Below, in pieces: positions 1-7,088 of a stretch of DNA of 18,501 nucleotides (the stretch's first letter is position 1; every line of letters starts with the position of its first letter). Source of the DNA: Bdellovibrionota bacterium (GTDB lineage: Bacteria > Bdellovibrionota_C > UBA2361). The position numbers were made by a program, and so were the translations under genes. The stretch is taken from positions 1 to 18,501 of the forward strand of contig JBILDU010000061.1 in NCBI GenBank assembly GCA_044352465.1, given 5' to 3'. The notes under the pieces were generated by a model. That model saw only the letters and a list, made by a program, of their open reading frames with translations. It made no database searches and was not told the DNA's origin.

Positions 1-101
1 AGTTTTTTCACTCCCGCGGAGTGAAAAACTAACTCAGGACTAGTGGTGAGCATAAATTCTATTACCTTGCAGGTGAAAGAATTTAATGGTCGAACCACTA
101 G
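1..101. repeat. CTAG-bounded palindromic repeat doublet (REP/MITE-like), copy 1, truncated by the window start
   Basis: Bases 1-101 are the exact reverse complement of 10222-10322 (checked base by base). Contains hairpin AGTTTTTTCACTCC-cgc-GGAGTGAAAAACT (1-30) and a CTAG...CTAG bounded palindrome (40-101). Confidence 0.95.
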
Positions 102-117
102 TACTCTAACCGGATAG

Positions 118-135
118 TTTTTCACCTGAGAGCCG
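118..135 (+). repeat. 18-bp direct repeat TTTTTCACCTGAGAGCCG, related to the repeat family core
   Basis: Identical to 10496-10513. Both copies lie close to the doublet repeat. Confidence 0.85.
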
Positions 136-345
136 TCCCGCGGCGTCGGAGTGCGAACCCGCTCCCCATCTGAGGGTGGGCAGTGCGGCGTAGCCCACAA
201 GCAGGGTTGTAAAAAGCTCACATTCATGGTTTTTTCACGCAATCGGAGCGCTTGGCGAGCTATTCGTTCCCATTTTTCGTTCCGTTTTGTGCGGGGGCCT
301 GTGTTGGCGTCAGCCTTCGAGAGGCCCGTATTCACGAGGGAAACT

Positions 346-1032
346 GTGCGTTCTATAGTTGCTTGTCTGCTCGGAAGCGTTGTTTTTTTCACCGTTGTTG
401 CCACTCAAGGTGCTCATGGTGCCGACGGTCTACGCGTTGGTCCTTGTCCAATGAGCTGTCGGACATTGGGAATCGATAAGCGGCATTGCCGTGACTGGCG
501 CGAAGGGAATACCTGCTATGTGGAGGATACCCGCTACAGTAGCGGCAATCGCCCCTCCCGCCCGATCAGCCCCCCACCGACCCCAACATTCGCCCCGATA
601 CGCCCGCCGAGTTCCCTTTATCCCGATCGCCCGAGCCAATCGGGGCCAGGATATGAGGAGTGTCGGCGGATGAATCGGTTTGATATTTCGCGTCCCTATA
701 TCAACATCGCGCGGGTACGACCGACCGGGAACGTATTCGGCTCGAAGTATAAGGTGTTCGGCTCAGTTGAAGGGATGTGTCTCGTGGAGGCGGGCTATTT
801 TGAGGGTGGACGTAAGGTCAGCAATATTCCGGTCGCCCCAACGCGTGATTTCAGGCGTTTTGAGTTCGAGGTGACTATTCGGGGAGACGAGTTCCCTGAG
901 TTGCGGGCTTATACAATAAACGGCGACCGCGAGGTCCGTCAGCTCGATCGAAGTGACCTTGAGGGGGATTACCGCGACCGTCGGGAGGATGACCGGTACG
1001 ACCGCTACGACCGCTGGGATTCGCGGCGCTGA
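346..1032 (+). CDS. Hypothetical secreted protein: signal peptide, small 4-Cys module, Pro-rich linker, beta-rich domain, D/R/Y-rich tail
   Basis: ORF 151..1032. The GTG at 346 follows GAGGG (336-340) and gives a Sec-like signal MRSIVACLLGSVVFFTVVATQGAHGA. Start site is inferred. Confidence 0.75.
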   Translation: MRSIVACLLGSVVFFTVVATQGAHGADGLRVGPCPMSCRTLGIDKRHCRDWREGNTCYVEDTRYSSGNRPSRPISPPPTPTFAPIRPPSSLYPDRPSQSGPGYEECRRMNRFDISRPYINIARVRPTGNVFGSKYKVFGSVEGMCLVEAGYFEGGRKVSNIPVAPTRDFRRFEFEVTIRGDEFPELRAYTINGDREVRQLDRSDLEGDYRDRREDDRYDRYDRWDSRR

Positions 1033-1322
1033 GCGTCAACGATAATCCGTCCCGCGACCCGAACCGTGTGGTGGCGGTAACTGCCAGTGACGCAGGCGAG
1101 GGTGCCAAAGCGTAATTCGCCGAGAATCGCCGTATCGGGAGTAACCTCGAAATCAACGCCGTTGATTGCGTAGGCAGTGGCTTTGCCCGCGCTCAGTGGT
1201 CCAGTAAGGGAAAACCGTGGCCGTGCACCGGCCGGCGACGAGCCTTGGCGTAACGCGAGGTTACGACTGACCAGGATGCGATACAGGCCGAGAAGCGATT
1301 CGACGGGGTTGAGCGACTGCAC
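1005..1322 (-). CDS. Small DUF5666-like (OB-fold-like) domain protein
   Basis: Pattern LTGPL..YAINGVDFEVTPDTAILGELRFG..CVTG..VAGRI resembles DUF5666. RBS AGAGAGGA (rc of 1330-1337). Overlaps the convergent gene end by 28 bp. Confidence 0.65.
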   Translation of the reverse strand: MQSLNPVESLLGLYRILVSRNLALRQGSSPAGARPRFSLTGPLSAGKATAYAINGVDFEVTPDTAILGELRFGTLACVTGSYRHHTVRVAGRIIVDAQRRESQRS

Positions 1323-1368
1323 GAAGATATCCTCTCTTTAAGAAGTTGGTGTGGCTAACCGTGTGAGT

Positions 1369-1384
1369 TGCACGAGTTATGCCA
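1369..1384 (-). promoter_or_regulatory. sigma54 (-24/-12) promoter candidate for the DUF5666-like gene
   Basis: Minus strand reads TGGCATAACTCGTGCA, with GG-N10-GC spacing, about 47 nt upstream of the start codon. Confidence 0.6.
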
Positions 1385-1598
1385 TAGCTACAACGTCAGA
1401 TTTCCGGGGGCGCTTGAGGTGGTTGTGCTGAAACTGAAGCCCTTACACCACCGCTCGCTGTTCAAAGCTAGCGAGAGTATTACCCATGACCCTTGCAATC
1501 TTTGCAGCGCTGCGCTCGGTTCAGGGGTGGTCGGGCATACGGAGACATGGAAGGATCGGCTTCGGTTGGCAGCGGTTAAGTGGGGAGGGGAATTCTCG

Positions 1599-2849
1599 AT
1601 GGATGCCGTCATGGGGATTATAACGAGTCGGCGGATGCGGGTGGTTTTGCTCCTCGGCATCTCCTCAGGCTTACCACTGGCGCTGGTTGGGGGAACCCTT
1701 CAGGCGTGGATGAAAGCGGTGGGAGTTGACATAACGGTCATCGGGTTATTCGCCCTGACCGGCTGGCCCTACGCGGTCAAGTTCCTCTGGGCCCCGTTTC
1801 TTGACCGTTACACACCAGGGTTCGGGCCGCTCAGGGGGTTTGACCGACGACGAGCGTGGATGCTCCTCTCGCAGATCGGTTTGGTTGGGGTTTTACTTGG
1901 ATTAAGTTTGGCTCGCCCGGAGGTTGACCCATGGACGGTCGCTGGGCTCGCCTTCCTCACCGCACTCTTTTCAGCAACCCAAGATATCGCTATCGATGCG
2001 TATCGAGCGGAGGTTCTTAAGCCTGAGGAGTACGGCTTAGGAGCAGCAAGCGCTATTCTGGGCTATCGCATCGGCATGATCGTTTCCGGTTCCTTTGGGC
2101 TCATTTTGGCTGATCTGTTGCCGTGGTCGACGGTCTATCAGGTGATGGCCGGAATAATGGCGCTGGGACTACTCGCCACCATCATCGCGCCCCCGCCCGA
2201 CGCAACGCGCACCCGGGTACCCCAGACTTTGCAGCGGGCGATCGTGGATCCCTTTCGTGATTTCTTTCGCCGTCCGGGAGCGCTCGAGATAATCGCCTTT
2301 ATCATTCTTTACAAAGTGGGGGATGTTGTCGCCGCCGCCCTGAGCACCCCCTTTATGCTCGATATCGGATTCTCGCGCACAGAGATAGGTGCGGTATCGA
2401 AGGGGTTTGGGTTGATGGCCACTATCGTTGGCGGCCTGGTGGGGGGCGGATTGATGTTGCGGCTCGGTCTCAGGCGCGCCCTTCTCTACTTCGGGATCTT
2501 GCAAGCGGTATCAACGCTCTGTTTCTATCTTCTCGCCGTGGTTGGTCGAAGCTCGGAGATGCTTATTGTCGCGATCGGTGTCGAGAATCTGTGTGGTGGC
2601 TTTGGGACGGCGGCGCTCACCGCTTTTCTTATGTCGCTCTGTCATCCGAGTTTTACAGCGACCCAATACGCCCTTCTTTCGAGTGTGACGGCGCTCACCC
2701 GGGTATTCGCTGGGGCGGTAACGGGGGCGATGCAGGTGGCGCTTGGATGGCAGTACTTTTTTCTTGTTGCCACGGTGCTCGCGCTCCCGGGGTTAGTGCT
2801 CGTGGGGCGCCGCTTCGATCGATGGGGTGTGAATGCCTCGCGGGAGTGA
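1599..2849 (+). CDS. ampG: AmpG family muropeptide MFS permease
   Basis: Motifs LLLGISSGLPLAL, KFLWAPFLDRY, RRRAWML, FSATQDIAIDAYR, YRIGM, FTATQYALLSS. ATG at 1599 follows GGAGGG (1584-1589). Confidence 0.93.
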   Translation: MDAVMGIITSRRMRVVLLLGISSGLPLALVGGTLQAWMKAVGVDITVIGLFALTGWPYAVKFLWAPFLDRYTPGFGPLRGFDRRRAWMLLSQIGLVGVLLGLSLARPEVDPWTVAGLAFLTALFSATQDIAIDAYRAEVLKPEEYGLGAASAILGYRIGMIVSGSFGLILADLLPWSTVYQVMAGIMALGLLATIIAPPPDATRTRVPQTLQRAIVDPFRDFFRRPGALEIIAFIILYKVGDVVAAALSTPFMLDIGFSRTEIGAVSKGFGLMATIVGGLVGGGLMLRLGLRRALLYFGILQAVSTLCFYLLAVVGRSSEMLIVAIGVENLCGGFGTAALTAFLMSLCHPSFTATQYALLSSVTALTRVFAGAVTGAMQVALGWQYFFLVATVLALPGLVLVGRRFDRWGVNASRE

Positions 2850-2987
2850 CATGCCTTACGTCGCCGCCAGATTCGTTTGGCCCTCCGTAGTCAGGTCCCG
2901 CGACTTCGCGTGGGGCGTTTGCTCTGTCGCTATATTTTGTAAGATGCATTATTTTTAAGTTCTCTAAGCCTTTTGTGAGGATTTTTT

Positions 2988-3473
2988 ATGCCGTCGTTCG
3001 ACGTTGTCTCTGAAGCTAATATGCAAGAGGTGAAAAATGCTGTGGACCAGGTTCATCGAGAGATAACGACGCGCTTCGATTTCCGGGATTCGAAGTCGTC
3101 AATCGAACTTGAGGAGATGAACATTAAGCTGTTGGCTGATGACAAGATGAAGCTTGCGGCGATTCAAGATGTTCTGCGGCAGAAGCTGGCGAAGCGAAGC
3201 GTGAGCCTTAAAACGGTCGAATTTAAGGATCCTGAGCCGGCGGGCGGAGACATGATTCGTCAGCTCGTCGTGGTAAAGCAGGGGCTATCAGACGATGAGC
3301 TGAAGAAGATCAATAAAGCTATCAAGGCGAGCAAGCTTAAAGTTTCATCCCAAATTCAAGGCGTGCAGATCCGTGTGACCGGTAAAAAACGGGACGATCT
3401 GCAGCTGGCTATTGCGGCCCTCCGAAGTGAGTTTAAGGACCTTGAGCTTCAGTTCACCAATTTCCGCGAGTAG
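2988..3473 (+). CDS. yajQ: YajQ family nucleotide/cyclic-di-GMP-binding protein
   Basis: MPSFDVVSE..EVKNAVDQ..RFDF, RVTGKKRDDLQ, QFTNFRE; 161 aa; GAGGA RBS. Confidence 0.96.
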   Translation: MPSFDVVSEANMQEVKNAVDQVHREITTRFDFRDSKSSIELEEMNIKLLADDKMKLAAIQDVLRQKLAKRSVSLKTVEFKDPEPAGGDMIRQLVVVKQGLSDDELKKINKAIKASKLKVSSQIQGVQIRVTGKKRDDLQLAIAALRSEFKDLELQFTNFRE

Positions 3474-3697
3474 GGGCGTCGGTCCTCGTGGGGGCGTCCA
3501 AGGCCTGCCTTCCGGGGGGCAAGGGCTCATCGTGGTGGTGTCTCAGGGAGATTTCGGGCGGCCCCCGCAATTCGATAATTGCAATAATATCAGATATTTA
3601 AGTCTCGCCTAGAGATGCCGACGAGGTAATTATCGTGCCGGAGGGCTGGAAAATCTAGGGCGAACGTGTGTAGATTTAAACCCTCGATTTTCCCTTT

Positions 3698-3704
3698 AGG
3701 AGGT
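3698..3704 (+). promoter_or_regulatory. Strong Shine-Dalgarno site of the histone gene
   Basis: AGGAGGT 4 nt upstream of the ATG at 3709. Confidence 0.85.
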
Positions 3705-3708
3705 ATGT

Positions 3709-3930
3709 ATGAACGATGCAGCACTCGAGCAAGATGTCTTGGTAGTCGTCTCCAAGCTTAAGAATTATATCCGCGCTAGATCGGGGCTTAACACCTCGGG
3801 CAACGTCGCGAGCGTCCTCTCGGAGATCGTCCGTCGCGAGTGCGACCAGGCGATTGAGAAGGCTAAGTCCGATGGCCGTAAGACGGTCATGGATCGTGAC
3901 TTCCCCGGTTCGGGAGAGGCGATGGCTTAA
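3709..3930 (+). CDS. Bacterial histone (single histone fold, Bdellovibrio Bd0055/HBb-like)
   Basis: VLVVVSKLKNYIR..GLNTS..V..VLSEIVRRECDQAIEKAKSDGRKTVMDRDF. Carries the histone-fold L2 RKTV-x3-D motif and the LVVxSKxK and NTS signatures recalled from Bd0055. Strong RBS and downstream terminator. Confidence 0.9.
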   Translation: MNDAALEQDVLVVVSKLKNYIRARSGLNTSGNVASVLSEIVRRECDQAIEKAKSDGRKTVMDRDFPGSGEAMA

Positions 3931-3969
3931 GGAGCCTCACCTTTTCGGGGGGGACCCCTCGGTAGTCAG

Positions 3970-4010
3970 CGGCCCTAAGGCTTCAATAGAAGCTTTAGGG
4001 CCGTTTCCTT
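3970..4010 (+). terminator. Intrinsic terminator after the histone gene
   Basis: CGGCCCTAAGGCTTC-aata-GAAGCTTTAGGGCCG (15-bp stem with one G-U pair) followed by TTTCCTT. Confidence 0.8.
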
Positions 4011-4262
4011 GTGCGATTGATTCGAATTAGGCACGACGTCAGCTCCCTCGTCTCCCGTCCGGTAACTTTTTCACCTGCCAGAGGTTTCGGGGGCGGGACA
4101 CGAGTACGGCGAGGATGGTCGCGCAGCTTGCCGCGGGCGAAGTCTCGACCGGCTCTTCTATGAAAGAACTTTCTGTTCTGATGGCGAGATACTCAGACCG
4201 ACCAGAGCACGGAGCTAAACTCACACTAACTCCCGGCGAGGCAAAGGGGCTGGCCTATCAGG

Positions 4263-5333
4263 CTACTCTCTCTCCTCCCGCCTCGGGGGGTGGACCAGTC
4301 GGCAAGGGGGGTAGCCAACGCGTAACAATCGGCGATCCTCCTTGAGCGGTGGAAGATCGCGGAGCATCTCTTTTGGTAAGCCGAAAATTCTGACGGTTTC
4401 ACGGATGCTCAGATTCAGATTTTCAAGCAGCGCAAAATTCTCCCGCGAGCGCTCCTCCGATGTGTAGTAACGGAACTCGGCGAGGGCCGTTTTCACTGCG
4501 TCGCGTGCGACCGGTTGAAGGTGGCGGCGTATTGTTTTGAAATCAACGCACTCGTCTGCAGTCAAGCAAGCTCCCGCTAGGTCGCGGCGTTTGAGCGCGG
4601 CCTCGATGCGATGCTCGACTATCGCCAGGAACGGGCTCGCCTTAAAGAAGTCGCTGAGCATAAACATTTCGCTTAACGCATAACCATCAGAGAGACTCCC
4701 TCCTGCGGTCACGTAACGGAGGATGCCAGCCTCGACATCTGAGCGGGTTCGAAAGATAACCTTGTCGGGTATTTGGACGCCGGTGTCGACCAGATTCACT
4801 AGTTTGCCGATATCATCCCGCTCAATGTGTGACACGATCGTCCGGGCGAGCGCGTCGCAATACTTATCTCGATGGAAGAAAAAGGCATCGAGCGTCGTCC
4901 CGAGCTCCATGGTCCCACTCAGTTGATTCGACTTAATCGCGGAGATGATCTCGAACTCGGCGAGAGGCTTGATTTCATCTCGCACCCTTCGCGAAATCGG
5001 GAGCTGCGCGCTGTTAAGTAGCTGCGCTGCTAGCTCGAGCCGTTGATCGATCAGCAATGTGGTCAGTGCATCGAGGTAGGCCTCATCTTGGACGGTCTGG
5101 GGAACCGATGGGTGCGCCTCGTGAAGAAAGCGGGCGATATGATTAATATACTGGGGTAACGCTTGGCGGGCAGCCAGAGTTACCTGCTCATGCGTCGGGC
5201 GGATGCCTTGAAGCTCAAGCTCCTCTCGAGCGAGTTGGGGAGACCCGGCTAGATAGTCTCGCACGAGTTGGCGAAAATGAGTGCCGCTATCGAAATGCGA
5301 GGTGCTGCTGAGGCTTGAGGAGAGGTGCGCCAT
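4263..5333 (-). CDS. Hypothetical alpha-helical protein (no recognised family)
   Basis: Long ORF (4263..5351) with natural composition and amphipathic helical patterning. The ATG at 5333 (MAHLSS) is preferred as start. Confidence 0.7.
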   Translation of the reverse strand: MAHLSSSLSSTSHFDSGTHFRQLVRDYLAGSPQLAREELELQGIRPTHEQVTLAARQALPQYINHIARFLHEAHPSVPQTVQDEAYLDALTTLLIDQRLELAAQLLNSAQLPISRRVRDEIKPLAEFEIISAIKSNQLSGTMELGTTLDAFFFHRDKYCDALARTIVSHIERDDIGKLVNLVDTGVQIPDKVIFRTRSDVEAGILRYVTAGGSLSDGYALSEMFMLSDFFKASPFLAIVEHRIEAALKRRDLAGACLTADECVDFKTIRRHLQPVARDAVKTALAEFRYYTSEERSRENFALLENLNLSIRETVRIFGLPKEMLRDLPPLKEDRRLLRVGYPPCRLVHPPRREERE

Positions 5334-5609
5334 AACCGGTACTCTAAACAAAACTTGGGTGGATTTGAACGCCGAAATTCAACAAATCGCTCCCCGTGAG
5401 CGAGATGGAAAAACACCTTCAAACCGCCCCGACGATTCCTCGTCGAGTCTTGAAAACCGGGTGCGCGGCCCCTTTTGCCTTTACAGGAGCTGTGCGTAAT
5501 CGATGAGCGACTATACGATGTTCGGCTAAGGGGATTCGATGCGCGGGGATTGGCCCTGCCAAGATGTGGGTAAGGTGCTGATCTATATATGGAAAATATG
5601 AAGCTGCCC

Positions 5610-5638
5610 TTGACCATTTGAGGGGCGAGGAGTAGCCT
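5610..5638 (+). promoter_or_regulatory. sigma70-type promoter candidate for trhO
   Basis: TTGACC-N17-TAGCCT, ending 8 nt before the ATG at 5647. Confidence 0.55.
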
Positions 5639-5646
5639 GCGAGAAT

Positions 5647-6585
5647 ATGTACCGGATCGCGGCCTTCTATAAGTTCTCTCCCCTTACCGCTGAACGGGTG
5701 ACGGAGTTAAAAAAGGGACTCGAGGGGGCCGCTGCCCGCACGGGAGTGCTGGGGCTCCTGCTGCTTGGCCCTGAGGGGTGCAATGCGACTGTGGCTGCAC
5801 CGACCAAGGAGGGGCTGGCCGAATTCTTAGGTGCGGTGCGTGAATTTCCGGAGTTCGCGGATCTCGAACATAAGGAGAGCGAGTCGGTAAAGCGCCCGTT
5901 TCGCCGATTTAAGATAGACCTTCGGGCGGAGCTCATCACGATAAAGAAGTCGACGCCACCTCCCCCCACTGAGACCTATTTGAGCCCCCGTGAGTGGCAT
6001 AATCGTTTATCGGAGGGTGGGGGGCGACTGCCGGTGGTACTCGATGTGCGTAACGACTACGAGACTGCACTCGGGGTCTTTAAGGGGGCGGTTACCTTAC
6101 CGATCGATAAGTTCAGTCAGTTCCCCGAGGCTATCAACGCGGCGTCGATCCCTAAAGACAGTCCGGTTTTGATGTATTGCACCGGGGGGATTCGGTGTGA
6201 GAAAGCGATCGTTGAGTTACAGCAGCAAGGCTTTCAGGAGGTCTATCAGCTGCACGGCGGGATCTTAAAGTACATGGAGGAGTTCCCGGAGGGGCATTTC
6301 CAGGGGGAGTGCTTTGTCTTCGACCACCGGGTAGCGGTTGATACCCATTTGCAGCCAACGAAACGTTATGCGCTGTGTCCGCATTGCGGTGACCCCGCCG
6401 AGCGGCGGATCGTGTGCCGCGAGTGTGGTGTTGAAGCGATCGTATGCGACGCGTGTTTAACGAGCGCCGACAGGTACTCCTGCTCCAAAAATTGCGCTTA
6501 TCACCAACGTCGTCATGCGGCGCGTCTTGAAGCTGGAGAGCAGTTCGATCCAAAGATTCGTGAGTTAAACGTGGGGAAGAAATGA
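5647..6585 (+). CDS. trhO: Rhodanese-related tRNA uridine(34) hydroxylase TrhO (YceA/UPF0176)
   Basis: FYKF, EGCNAT, LDVRNDYE..GVF.GA, MYCTGGIRCEKA, YQLHGGILKY, CFVFDHRVAV, C-terminal Cys cluster. Confidence 0.92.
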   Translation: MYRIAAFYKFSPLTAERVTELKKGLEGAAARTGVLGLLLLGPEGCNATVAAPTKEGLAEFLGAVREFPEFADLEHKESESVKRPFRRFKIDLRAELITIKKSTPPPPTETYLSPREWHNRLSEGGGRLPVVLDVRNDYETALGVFKGAVTLPIDKFSQFPEAINAASIPKDSPVLMYCTGGIRCEKAIVELQQQGFQEVYQLHGGILKYMEEFPEGHFQGECFVFDHRVAVDTHLQPTKRYALCPHCGDPAERRIVCRECGVEAIVCDACLTSADRYSCSKNCAYHQRRHAARLEAGEQFDPKIRELNVGKK

Positions 6586-7088
6586 AGACAGGAAGGTTTG
6601 TAGGACTCTTTGCGATGACCTATTTCCTTCTGATTGTGGTCTACGTTCTTTCCGCCACCGTAATGGCGCTCTACGATCAAGCCCCCGCAGCCGATCGACT
6701 TTTGGCTCTCGGGGGCATACTCGCTGACACTACTCTCTCAATCTTTCGGGATTCCACCCGCTGGCTTCTCGGGAGCGATGGGCTGTACAGTTTTATGCCG
6801 ACCCTCGCCCTCATCAATAGCACTGATAGCTTTCGTTCCCTGGTGCCCCATGTGTTAGTCCAACTCATGACGTTCGGGTTTGTGGGGTCCTTCGCCGCTT
6901 CGAAAGGGTGCTCGCTGACGATGGCGCTGTTGCTCCCCGGATGCCTTCTCGGTTTGACCATGAGTCTCTTACAAGCGCGGTTGCTCCTCGTGAGCCAGTA
7001 TAATCTGACGACCGTCTGTTTTGTGGTGGCGTGTCAGTTTATCGGAATTTTTCTGGGGTCGGTGGTGTATTCGACCCGACTTAGATGA
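6582..7088 (+). CDS. Hypothetical integral membrane protein, translationally coupled to trhO
   Basis: ATGA overlap with the trhO stop; about 4 hydrophobic segments; ends overlapping the convergent pfk stop. Confidence 0.7.
   Translation: MKTGRFVGLFAMTYFLLIVVYVLSATVMALYDQAPAADRLLALGGILADTTLSIFRDSTRWLLGSDGLYSFMPTLALINSTDSFRSLVPHVLVQLMTFGFVGSFAASKGCSLTMALLLPGCLLGLTMSLLQARLLLVSQYNLTTVCFVVACQFIGIFLGSVVYSTRLR

Noticed and set aside
151..345. N-terminal extension of the first ORF
   Set aside because: Non-protein-like composition; the RBS and signal peptide fit the GTG at 346.
1368..1598. N-terminal extension of AmpG
   Set aside because: No AmpG similarity, overlaps the divergent promoter region, and there is a good RBS before the ATG at 1599.
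4039..4345. Short ORFs downstream of the histone terminator, and the many antisense or alternate-frame ORFs in the track
   Set aside because: No RBS or motif support. Most are shadow ORFs of well-supported genes, as expected in GC-rich DNA.
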